Source: Lytechinus pictus (Eukaryota). From it: a stretch of 64,000 bases of DNA. Location of the stretch: the NCBI RefSeq assembly GCF_037042905.1, contig NC_087255.1:6448001-6512000 (forward strand). The letters run 5' to 3'. The translations under genes were made by a program, and so were the position numbers. The notes beneath the pieces are model-generated. The model worked only from the letters and a program-made list of their open reading frames with translations. It did not search any database and had not been told where the DNA came from. Below, piece after piece: positions 29,368-40,033 of this stretch. Within the stretch, counting starts at the first letter, position 1. Every line of letters begins with the position of its first letter.

Positions 29368-30823
29368 AGCCCCAGTCACATATAGACCCCGGACCACCCC
29401 GGACCATCCCGGATCTGATCCGGGGTGGTCCGGGGAGAGATCCGTGTTGGCGCCTTGGGCATCCTTGGAGGTCCGGGGTGGTCCGTGTTGGTCCTTGAAC
29501 GTCCGGGAGGCCAACACGGCAGTTTTTGACTGTCAAAAACATCCGGCGTCATCCGTGGACTTAAAGGACTGCCGGGTTGGCAAAGCCATCCGGGATGGTC
29601 CGTGTAGCTGCCGTGTAGGTCCGTGTGGCTGCCGTGTAGGTCCGTGTAGCTGCCGTGTAAGTCCGTGTGGCTGCCTGGAGTATCCTTGGCAGTCCGTGTT
29701 CTTTTTTCCCATCAAATCTTTACAACGCTATTTACTTTATGAACTTTTCAGTAGTTGTTAAACAGTTGACACAAACATGCTCAATTTATTTATGATTAAA
29801 TGGATGATTAAATGATTCAGGATATTTTATTACGCTTTGGATATTGGCCCCAACCTAATATTTGTAAACTTAGTGCATGTATGAATATTTTTTTTTTTCT
29901 CTTTTTTTTCTAATATTTACCCCAACTTTGTCTGTTATTATTATTTCACATTTCATTTTTTAAAAATATGTTATATGTATATAATTTATGTAATGTACCT
30001 GTTACATCGAAATTGTACATTAAGTGTTATACTACTGCCCTGCATCGACAGTTATGCGTCATGACCTGGGCCTATCTTAATTTTTATTATGTTTTCTATT
30101 GACTTTGTAATTTCTTTCCTTTATTGTGATTTCAATAAAGTGATATCAAATCAAATCGAAATTAAATTTGTCGTTCAAGATTTAAAGTACTTAACAACTA
30201 CTTTTAAAACAGTAAACTGTGTTGTATAAAAAAAAACAGCGTTTTTACTGGTTAAGGAAGTTTTGAGTTTTGATATATTTTTTAAAACAACATAATATAA
30301 TGTTGCGACAAGGATGAGAAAAAAATAAATAAATAGATAAATAAATAAATAAAAAATTAAATAAATAAATATCAGCTCATTATTATGAACAGATTTTCAT
30401 TTGCCGTGCTGGTCAATATAGCTGCCGTGTTGGTCCTTGAGCTGACGTGTTGGTCCGTGTAGCTGACGTGTTGGTCCGTGTAGCTGACGTGATGGTCCGT
30501 GTTGCTGACGCGTTGGTCCGTGTTTGTCCTTGTAGCTGACGTGTTGGTCCGTGTTGCTGACGTGTTGGTCCGTGTAGCTGACGTGATGGTCCGTGTTGCT
30601 GACGTGTTGGTCCGTGTTGCTGACGTGTTGGTCCGTGTAGCTGACGTGTCGGTCCGTGTTGACGACGTGCTCTGCCGGCATGGTCCGTGTAGATCCGTGT
30701 GAAGCTGCCGTGTTGATGCCGTGTTTACAGTCATCCGGGGCAAAGCTATCCCGGACCTCCCCGGATCATGCCGGCATTGCCGTGTTGATCCGTGAGGATC
30801 CGTGTCTATATGTGACTGGGGCT
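29368..30823. mobile_element. PIF/Harbinger-like non-autonomous element with 21-bp subterminal arrays
   Basis: TAA|AGCCCCAGTCACATATAGAC...GTCTATATGTGACTGGGGCT|TAA. GC-rich arms with GGTCCGTGTAGCTG(A/C)CGTG repeats around an AT-rich core. Confidence 0.88.
30405..30725. repeat. 21-bp tandem repeat (GGTCCGTGT[AT]GCTGACGTGTT)n
   Basis: About 13-15 units seen directly; a shorter variant array lies at about 29597-29700. Confidence 0.9.
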
Positions 30824-31706
30824 TAAGTGGAGGGGGGGGGGGGGTTATGGGAGCTTTGAAGGATATATTTATTCAAAAAAATATTTGCAAATATAAATCG
30901 AAAAAGTGATGATAAAGATTAAAGAGAGGACCAAATACATGAATATTGAATGGGAAGGGGGAAGCCAACAAGCAAAATGAAATAACTCCGGATTGTACAT
31001 TATCACTGATTATAAATTACAAATCACAAGACAGAAATAAAACTCCTTGCTCTGATTTCAACCCACCGTCTCTGTCTCCCCGTGCCGATTTTAACCTCTT
31101 ACATACTCTTCTATTGTTTTGAGATGAGGCGCATGCCACGAGGGGAGAGGCATGGAGCTGACATCGCTCAAAGGTGAAGTGGCACTCAAGATTGGGGAAA
31201 TATTTATCGAATGGTGTTCCACAGGGAGAGGTAGTGTTACCTATTGACGGGTGGAACACCTGCGTATAACTGTTTAACATGATATGTACATCATGCACTC
31301 GAGTGAGTGCGCGCTATTAAAAAGCAATTTTTTTCTTTAAGCCTTGAGTATTTTGACATAAACGTATCTTGTGTCGTAAATGTTGATGAGATTTAAGTAT
31401 ATACGAAGAGGTAAACACACTCTTGATGTTTTAAATACAAACACTGAAACATTTATCTTATGCTTTTCGCAAACTCAATGATCCAATTCTTCCTTGTCAA
31501 TTCCGCTCTGAGCACATGCAGACCACCTACACGCAATAAAAATATTGGGTAAAAGTGCTCCATGAGGGTAATTATGTGTTTAAACAACATATGGCATTTC
31601 TTTTGGGCACTTGATTTATCCAGTGTGATGACAATTTTGAACATTATAAAGTAATTGCTGCTTATTTGTAAGCCCTTATGGACAATATGCTTCCCGCATT
31701 TGGTAA

Positions 31707-32416
31707 AGCCCCTTTCACAATTGACGTACGACCATTTGTGACCTTTTGGTCGTGCGACAGGCTGCAACAGGCATCAATCGCTAGTCATCTCATAAGATCG
31801 CACAGAGGCTTTCACAGTTGCAACAGCTGTCGTACAACAAAAACCAGTAAACCCCGTTGCACGAGTAAGTCGCATTTGCTCTTATTGTGCTCGTGCGATC
31901 ACATGTGAGTGTTGCACGAGGGATTGCGAGTGGAACGGTCGCATACATGCGAATGCAACGGTTGTGCAATGTTGTAAGCCGTTGCGATCGGTCTTGCAAC
32001 AGTTTTATGGCCTATATATTATCGCACCCAGTCGCAAGACTGGTCTCTGTTCATGTAGGTCGCTAGCACATGTGCAAGTGTTGTACGACCTCCAGTCGAG
32101 TAAATGCGACTACTTAGTTGTGCCACCTCTCGCACCAAGTCGTACAACGTTGAACAACGCTCACACGATGATCTCCAGACCGATGGTACGATCTGATGCG
32201 AGTGAATCGATCGTATTTGATCGCGTTTGGATTTTGAACATGTTCAAAGTTCAGATGCGACCAGTCACGACCACCTCCGACCACCTCGAGTTCGTGCGAT
32301 CGTCTGCAACGACTGCGAGTGCTCGCAAGACACCAAGAGATCGATCGTGCAACAACAATAAAAAAAACTGTTGCAGGCGGTCGTAAACAGGTCGTACGTA
32401 AATTGTGAAAGGGGCT
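31707..32416. mobile_element. Harbinger-like MITE, 710-bp unit copy
   Basis: TAA|AGCCCCTTTCACAATTGACGTACGACC...GGTCGTACGTAAATTGTGAAAGGGGCT|TAA. Confidence 0.88.
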
Positions 32417-32460
32417 TAAAATACTGCCCAAATCGATTGGACACATAATTATGTGTTTAA

Positions 32461-34835
32461 AGCCCCTTTCACAATTGACGTACGACCTGTTTACGACCAC
32501 CTGCAACAGTTTTTTCTTGTTGTTGCACGATCGATCCCTTGGTGTCTTGCGAGCACTCGCAGTCGTTGTAGACGATCGCACAAACTCGAGGTGGTCGGAG
32601 GTGATCTTGACTGGTCGCATCTGAACTTTGAACATGTTCAAAATCCAAACGCGATCAAATACGATTGATTCACTCGCAACAGGTCGTACCATCGGTCGGG
32701 CGATCATCGTGTGAGTGTTGTTCAACGTTGTACGACTTGGTGCGAGAGGTGGCACAACTAAGTATAGTCGCATTTAGTCGACTGGAGGTCGTACAACACT
32801 TGCACATGTGCTGGAGACCTACAGAGACCAGTCTTGCGACTGGGTGCGATAATATGAGACTGTTGCAAGACCGATCGAAATTACGGCTTACTACATTCCA
32901 CTACCGTTGCATTCGCATGTATGCGACCGTTCAGCCCCTTTCACAATTGACGTCCGACCAGTTTACGACCGCCTGCAACAGTTTTTTCTTGTTGTTGCAC
33001 GATCGATCTCTTGGTGTCTTGCGAGCACTCGCAGTCGTTGTAGACGGTCGCACGAACTCGAGGTGGTCGTGGCTGGCCACATCTGAACTTTGAACATGTT
33101 CAAAATCCGAACGCGATCAAATACGATCGATTCACTCGCATCAGGCCGTACCCGGGATCGTACCATCGGTCGGGCGATCATCGTGTGAGTGTTGTTCAAC
33201 GTTGTACGACTTGGTGCGAGAGGTGGCACAACTAAGTAGTCGCATTGAAGCCCCTTTCACAATTGACGTACGACCTGTTTACGACCACCTGCAACAGCTT
33301 TTTCTTGTTGTTGCACGATCGATCCCTTGGTGTCTTGCGAGCACTCGCAGTCGTTGTAGACGATCGCACAAACTCGAGGTGGTCGGAGGTGATCGTGACT
33401 GGTCACATCTGAACTTTGAACATGTTCAAAATCCAAACGCGATCAAATACGATTGATTCAATCGCAACAGGTCGTACCATCGGTCGGGCGATCATCGTGT
33501 GAGTGTTGTTCAACGTTGTACGACTTGGTGCGAGAGGTGGCACAACTAAGTATAGTCGCATTTAGTCGACTGGAGGTCGTACAACACTTGCACATGCGCT
33601 GGAGACCTACAGAGACCAGTCTTGCGACTGGGTGCGATAATATGAGACTGTTGCAAGACCGATCGAAATTACGGCTTACTACATTCCACTCCCGTTGCAT
33701 TCGCATGTATGCGACCGTTCAGCCCCTTTCACAATTGACGTCCGACCAGTTTACGACCGCCTGCAACAGTTATTTCTTGTTGTTGCACGATCGATCTCTT
33801 GGTGTCTTGCGAGCACTCGCAGTCGTTGTAGACGGTCGCACGAACTCGAGGTGGTCGTGACTGGTCACATCTGAACTTTGAACATGTTCAAAATCCGAAC
33901 GCGATCAAATACGATCGATTCACTCGCATCAGGCCGTACCCGGGGTCGTACCATCGGTCGGGCGATCATCGTGCGAGTGTTGTTCAACGTTGTACGACTT
34001 GGTGCCAGAGATGGCACAACTAAGTAGTCGCATTTACTTGACTGGAGGTCGTGCAACACTTGCACATGTGCAAGCGACCTACATGTACAGAGACCTGTCT
34101 TGCGACTGGTTGCGATAATAATATGGGCCATAAGACTGTTGCAAGACCGATCGCAACGGCTTACAACATTGCACTACCGTTTCATTCGCATGTATGCGAC
34201 CGTTCCACTCGCAATCCCTCGTGCAACACTCGCATGTGATCGCACGAGCACAATAAGAGCATATGCGACTTACTCGTGCAACGGGGTTTACTGGTTGTTT
34301 TTGTTGTACGACAGCTGTTGCAACTGTGAAAGCCTCTGTGCGATCTTATGAGATGACTAGCGATTGATGCCTGTTGCAGCCTGTCGCACGACCAAAAGGT
34401 CGCAAATGGTCGTACGTCAATTGTGAAAGGGGCTTTACTTGACTGGAGGTCGTGCAACACTTGCACATGTGCAAGCGACCTACATGTACAGAGACCTGCC
34501 TTGCGACTGGTTGCGATAATAATATGGGCCATAAGACTGTTGCAAGACCGATCGCAACGGCTTACAACATTGCACTACCATTTCATTCGCATGTATGCGA
34601 CCGTTCCACTCGCAATCCCTCGTGCAACACTCGCATGTGATCGCACGAGCACAATAAGAGCATATGCGACTTACTCGTGCAACGGGGTTTACTGGTTGTT
34701 TTTGTTGTACGACAGCTGTTGCAACTGTGAAAGCCTCTGTGCGATCTTATGAGATGACTAGCGATTGATGCCTGTTGCAGCCTGTCGCACGACCAAAAGG
34801 TCGCAAATGGTCGTACGTCAATTGTGAAAGGGGCT
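32461..34835. mobile_element. Same family, opposite orientation: 1186-bp composite copy interrupted by a second composite copy
   Basis: TAA TSDs at 32458-60 and 34836-38. Left TIRs start at 32461, 32933, 33249 and 33721; right TIRs end at 34434 and 34835. Confidence 0.85.
33249..34434. mobile_element. Inner 1186-bp composite MITE copy
   Basis: Flanked by TGA (33246-48) and TTA (34435-37). Removing it restores GTCGCAT-TTA-CTTGACTGG, seen uninterrupted at about 34027-34045. Confidence 0.8.
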
Positions 34836-34838
34836 TAA

Positions 34839-35253
34839 AGGCCACCGCACATCTTACGACTGTTCGCGATCCGATTTTGGAACAAATCGCATTTTGTTCA
34901 TTTTCTGAAAATGTGAATGGACCATATCTATTTATTTGAGGTTAAAAATAATTGAAAGAATACGAATATAACCATTTTGTAAGATTGTAAGCCTTTATTT
35001 TGGAGTAAAGGCCAAATTAGTTTCAAATCGTAGCCAATCGTACGACTGCTATGACGTCATTACGACTAGATATTAAATTTGTTTTTATTCTAAGGATGAT
35101 AGCATAGTCACATATTTGAACATAGGTATTCCTATGATGATTTCGAACATTACAAAGTAATATATTCCAAGTCTCAATATTTATAGCCTTAAATTCTACT
35201 TTGTTTTATTCCAAAATTGAGTTGCAGACCAATCGCAAGGTGTTCGGTCCCCT
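34839..35253. mobile_element. Harbinger-like MITE sharing its TAA target with the neighbouring element
   Basis: TAA|AGGCCACCGCACATCTTACGA...TCGCAAGGTGTTCGGTCCCCT|TAA; imperfect TIRs. Confidence 0.7.
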
Positions 35254-35744
35254 TAAGCACCCTCGTGCTTGTTAAAATTTACCCAATATTTTTTTTACAG
35301 TGTAATGTGGTGTGTTATCGTACTGATGAGTTTTGACGTTTCAAAGAAACGCCATATGCCATCAAAACGGTGAGATGTGTACGCCATCATTTCGATTTGA
35401 TCATTGATACAATCAAATGGATTTTAGAAAAAAAAATAATTCAACAGACGAAATAGAAAATAATTCAAATGAAAATACATTTTTTTTTATCATGTCTTGT
35501 GATACAGCCACACAGGCAAAGGCGACTCCTGGGCCCCGTCTTACAAAGAGTTACGATTTATAGAAATCTGAAAGAAATTTGTACAATGCCCTTTGTACAT
35601 AAAAGGGAGCACCCTGAATTTTCAAGGAAAAGATGAATGTATGAATATTATCTAGAAACTATTTTGAACACACATGCATTAAAATGCTGACGTTGCCGAC
35701 TTTCCATAGTTGTGGTTGATCGGATCAATCACAACTCTTTGTAA

Positions 35745-36794
35745 GGCTAAGGTCACAACTCCAAAATTTTGCCTGCTCGGCGACCGGGCGGCAAGGTTTT
35801 AGCCAATTTCGCCCGGGCACCGCCCGGCGGCCGTCCGGGCACCACTGGTTTTGAGGGCATCGCTCGGTTGCCGCTCAAGATTTAGCGCGTAGTTAAAATT
35901 CTGGCGGCGCCTGCTCACTCTTCACTCGCCGCCCGAAATACGCACGGCGTCTAGTTGGTCGCCGTCCGGGCGCCGACGTAATCGAGCGGTCGCCGTCGAA
36001 CGATTTAAGTCGAAAATTGAACTGGTTGGATCAACGGCTGTCGAGTGGTCATCGGCCGGTCGCAGGCCGGTCAGAGATCGGTCGTTGATCTTGTCGCGGC
36101 GAATTCAAGATCAGACGGGCGACTACCTAAAAATAGGCCGGTCCTGGTGGGGGACCGCCCGGGATTCGGTGGGTCGTCAGCCGATCACTGCTCGGAAGCT
36201 ATACAGATAAGTTCCCCGATTTGACCCAGATTTGGCCTTGAGTAATGGGTATTCGACCGGGCACTGCCCGGCCACCGCTAAGTATTTTCACAGCCCGCTC
36301 GACTTCTAAAAAATTGTTCGGCGATGCCTAAATTCCAGCGGCGTCCGAGCAGGCTACTAATCGGTCGGTCGCCGCTCTGAGTTGTGACTTAAAGGTAAAT
36401 GCTAGTTTTGGTAACGATATCAAAATGAGTTCGTACAGAATCCAATGAAATCACCACCAAAGTGTCTGTTTGTATAAATAAAACGCATGTGCCAAAGGAT
36501 TCTGGAAGAAATTGTGTAATTGCTGAGAAATCAGCAAATAAGCACAGGATTCGGGTAGAGCGTCGGGCCCGACGCTCAAAGCAATAATTATACACTGTCC
36601 CACGTGCGCTTATCTGTGTTGGGGAAGTTCAGTCTGAACATTTTTCAGCGTAGATTTCAAGATTTCACAAAGTTCAGTTTATGTAACTGTACCAGATCTA
36701 GATCCTCGATGATATACTGACAATTAAGCCTGGTTTTACAGACTTTCTCATGAAATCAGTGTTTACTGCAACTACTGGAATTTCTCTTTAAGCC
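35745..36794. mobile_element. GC-rich Harbinger-like MITE
   Basis: TAA|GGCTAAGGTCACAACTC...GAGTTGTGACTTAA[insert]GCC|TCA; interior rich in CGGC/CCGG. Confidence 0.75.
36393..36787. mobile_element. Kolobok-like MITE
   Basis: TTAA|AGGTAAATGCTAGTT...ACTGGAATTTCTCT|TTAA; duplicated TTAA, imperfect TIRs. Confidence 0.7.
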
Positions 36795-38727
36795 TCAGAT
36801 GGGACCCAAATCGACCAAAGCTTTTAAGTTATTTTCAATGGCATACCATCAGATTATTTGAGTCGTTTTCGTAGGTATGTCTGTAGCGACATTATCCCAA
36901 GCGCATTCTTGACCGATGTTAATCAAAACGTGAATTTACTCTCACTATGTTGTCGAATACCAAGGCTTTATGTGCATATAGAACGCCAGTGATCAAAACC
37001 ATTAACGATTGCCTATTAATATATCTAATTATAACTACAATACGACAATAATTAAAATCATAGCGGTTGCTTAATAATCACTAATCATAACAAGACGAAT
37101 ATACGGAGCCATGACATGCACCGGAAACAATGTCTTTGGCAAACAAAAGACCGAGCCATTACAAGGTTCACCTACGTGTACGCGTGTAAGTTATTGTGAC
37201 AAGAGCACTTAGCGAAAGAGTGCTTTCAGACAACCAGTCCTTCAATACTAGGCAAGCGGATCATTAGTGTTACCATCAAACAACTGCAATTATCATTAAA
37301 TGGCAAACCCCACACTCATATGTCAAGAGATGGATTTTTACGGCGCGTTGACAGGATTAAAAAAAATAATTTATATCATCATGGTTTATACGTGGTACTA
37401 AAAATGCAACAGAGTAGTATGACATAGGCCTAGTGATGCAAAATATTGAAATTTGAAAAACGGATAGAGCACTCAAGCATAGGACGAATGAATCTTTTCA
37501 AACCCTCGCAATCAAACAAAAATATTGTGAAAGATAAAAATGAAATGGCACAATACCACAAGCAATACTCAACAAAAGTTTATTTGATAAAATGATTAGT
37601 TAAATTGACTCTCAACTTTATTCCATACTTCATCTGTAGTGAATCATCACTAAAATTTGATTTCTTAAATTTTGTATGCATTCAATCATAATTATCATAA
37701 TAACTACATATTTTTTTATCATGAATACAACCTACCAATCAACCAAACATATTTAATATATCGAGGTAAGTACCCTTTCATTTAATATTATCGGCAAACC
37801 AGGCTGCGCGTAGTACGTTGACGACGGTAAGGCAGCTTTACTATTGATTAATGTCATTTCAATGCATAACCATGAATATCTTATTCGAAAGATAATCCAA
37901 ATCTAATTTATATTGCCATGGCAACTTCTCACTTTTTTGATCTTCGATTTTTTTTTACCCACCCGCTGGACCGCCGTGCTGGTTAAAAAGTACCACCGGC
38001 CAGTTGCTATCGATTTAAAGGAGGAGGATTGGGCTGTATTGGGTTTGAGGTAACTCGAAGTCACTCGAAAAAGGGATTGTCGATCGCATCGAATCCACCC
38101 CGAGTTCTTATAGTGACTAAGAGCAAATTCAGACCAGAGGAATTTTACGAGAAACGCTTGTGACAAACTTTGGGAATGAATAGAGAATCATCGGATGTAA
38201 AGCCAATACAAGAAGGCACGACACGAACACGTGTGGCAGTTAGGGCCATAATGATCACTCTGAATGTGCGAGGAAATTAATTACTCTTGAGCCAAACATT
38301 CTAGCTCATCAAAACACAGGGTGGCCATCGGGGGGTCACTCAAATTCTTGAAGCAATATGAGTTGAACCTACAAAGTCAAGACATTAGATGGAACCTTGA
38401 TAACCATGATACCGATACTGCGATAATGCAAATGATTTTTAAAAATCATAAACAATCCTCTATCCGTTACTCTTGAGTAACGTGTAATTCTCGTATACCT
38501 GTTCAGCGACAATCTTCTTCTAATAAACCAAAAAATACAACAATTTTTTTATTACTGAATTGTGTCATTTCCAAAGATTTTGTACCATCATGAAGGTGAA
38601 ACTGTAAAATCAAAACTTTCATATGGTAAAGCCACAAAGACTAACGAAGTGATGACGAATAAAAACAACAACAATAAAAACAAATTACGATGGAAAAAAT
38701 AAATCTATTCATCTGGACTTACTTGTT

Positions 38728-38777
38728 GAAGCAGAGGACAGTTTCACGTCCGATCCGGGACGCTTCTTCAGCTCTTC
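38728..38777 (-). ncRNA. Minimal type I hammerhead ribozyme motif in 3' pLTR (sense copy, directly after the stop codon)
   Basis: Reverse complement of 39946-39995. It follows the TAG of the RT-EN ORF and is followed by a GTAAGT donor-like site. Confidence 0.75.
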
Positions 38778-40033
38778 TAAACTGGCGGGAAATCGTCGTT
38801 GCCGATTGGCGCCGAAGCACCGTCGATGTTATTGTCTTGGAGACGTCGAGGAATTTTTCGGATTACAGGATTGTAAATCCGAGAGAGGTTATGTCGTAAT
38901 CCTCCTCCTTTGTTGAGAGATGGGTTTTCTGCGTTGACGTAGACCGCCTCACGGACCCCCCTCTCAAACCACCTAGGTTCCTTGTCTAGGATGAGCACGT
39001 CTTTATCTTTAAAGTTGTGTTTAGACGTGTTCAGGTGGGAGTATACGGCAGAATCGTATCCCGATGCGCCTGGTCTGCGATGTTGATACAAACGCTTGGA
39101 GAGGGGTTGCTTGGTTTCACCAATGTAATTAGCGCTGCAACCTGTCTCTTGGCACTGGATAGCATAGACAATGTTGTTTTTCTTGTCTTTGGGAACTTTA
39201 TCCTTCGGGTGAACCAATTTCTGCCTGAGTGTGTTAGTCGGTTTGAAGTACACTGGGATGCGGTAAGAAGACAGGATCCTCCGGATTTTCTCTGAAAGTC
39301 CACTGACGTAGGGGACAGAGACACCGAAGCGACGCCCCTGTTCCGTCGGTCGAGGAAGGTTGTTCTCACGTTGGCGTCGCGGGTGAAGGGCTTTCTCTAT
39401 GCTCCACCCGTGGTAACCACATTTACGTAGAGCCTCTCGGAGGTGTTTATGTTCTTTCTCCTTGGTTGTCTCAGAAGAAGGAATGTATGAAGCTCTGTGG
39501 AACAATGTCTTCACTACTCCCAACTTGTGGATGAGCGGGTGATGAGAGTCAAACAACAGGTATTGATCTGTGTGGGTGTCTTTTCTGAAGACTGACGAGC
39601 TCAGCGATCCGTCTTCCTCGATGGTGATGAGGCAATCCAAGAACGCGAGTTGGTTGTCCTTGACTCTTTCCACTGTGAACTTAATAGACGGATCACAGTT
39701 ATTGATGTGATCGAAAAAAGAATCAAGTTCCGTAGTCTTAATCTTGACCCAAGTATCGTCCACGTATCTAAACCAGTGGGTAGGTGGAATGCCGGGAAAA
39801 GAACTCAGGGCAAATTTCTCAAAGTCTTCCATGTACAAATTGGCAAGAACTGGCCTGTAATCCGAAAAATTCCTCGACGTCTCCAAGACAATAACATCGA
39901 CGGTGCTTCGGCGCCAATCGGCAACGACGATTTCCCGCCAGTTTAGAAGAGCTGAAGAAGCGTCCCGGATCGGACGTGAAACTGTCCTCTGCTTCAACAA
40001 GTAAGTCCAGATGAATAGATTTATTTTTTCCAT
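38777..40033 (-). CDS. Penelope-like RT (C-terminal half) plus GIY-YIG endonuclease; first ~60 aa come from the antisense pLTR
   Basis: 418-aa open frame. RT motifs: PVLANLYME, WFRYVDD, LAFLD, VFRKDTHTDQYL..SHHP. Endonuclease: NIVYAIQC-x4-C-x3-YIGET...KRLYQH...SH...REA...LN with CCHH residues. Genuine PLE coding runs from 39853 down to 38777. Confidence 0.9.
   Translation of the reverse strand: MEKINLFIWTYLLKQRTVSRPIRDASSALLNWREIVVADWRRSTVDVIVLETSRNFSDYRPVLANLYMEDFEKFALSSFPGIPPTHWFRYVDDTWVKIKTTELDSFFDHINNCDPSIKFTVERVKDNQLAFLDCLITIEEDGSLSSSVFRKDTHTDQYLLFDSHHPLIHKLGVVKTLFHRASYIPSSETTKEKEHKHLREALRKCGYHGWSIEKALHPRRQRENNLPRPTEQGRRFGVSVPYVSGLSEKIRRILSSYRIPVYFKPTNTLRQKLVHPKDKVPKDKKNNIVYAIQCQETGCSANYIGETKQPLSKRLYQHRRPGASGYDSAVYSHLNTSKHNFKDKDVLILDKEPRWFERGVREAVYVNAENPSLNKGGGLRHNLSRIYNPVIRKIPRRLQDNNIDGASAPIGNDDFPPV
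39946..39995 (+). ncRNA. Minimal type I hammerhead ribozyme motif in pLTR (plus-strand copy)
   Basis: AGAG-CTGAAGA(39952-58)-A-GCGTCC cggatc GGACGT-GAAAC-T-GTC(39984-86)-CTCT. This gives a CUGANGA core, a stem II hairpin, GAAA, a vestigial stem III (AC-T-GT), a GUC cleavage triplet and stem I AGAG/CTCT. Confidence 0.75.

Larger units (their letters stand above)
31530..35302. mobile_element. Small CAC-type MITE hosting about 3.5 kb of nested insertions
   Basis: TA|CACGCAATAAAAATATTGGGTAAAA ... TTTACCCAATATTTTTTTTACAGTG|TA. Host pieces at 31530-31706, 32417-32460 and 35254-35302. Confidence 0.6.
35531..36807. mobile_element. Outer MITE (GGGCCCCGTCTTACAAAGAG family) with its right TIR split by an insertion
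   Basis: Left end GGGCCCCGTCTTACAAAGAGTT. Right end CTCTTTGTAA[35745-36797]GATGGGACCC. Confidence 0.7.

Noticed and set aside
30405-30725. 21-bp repeats as a possible CRISPR array or repeat protein
   Set aside because: There are no unique spacers or cas genes, the context is eukaryotic, and the array lies within TIR/TSD-bounded DNA.
31678-34752. Many repeated 60-219 aa ORFs
   Set aside because: They are incidental frames in GC-balanced MITE copies, with no transposase motifs and frames not conserved between copies.
35318-35384. Hammerhead-like CTGATGA...TTTGA/TCAAA...GAAAC
   Set aside because: Stem II lacks a proper closing pair next to the core, and there is no stem III partner or valid NUH triplet before the candidate stem I strand.
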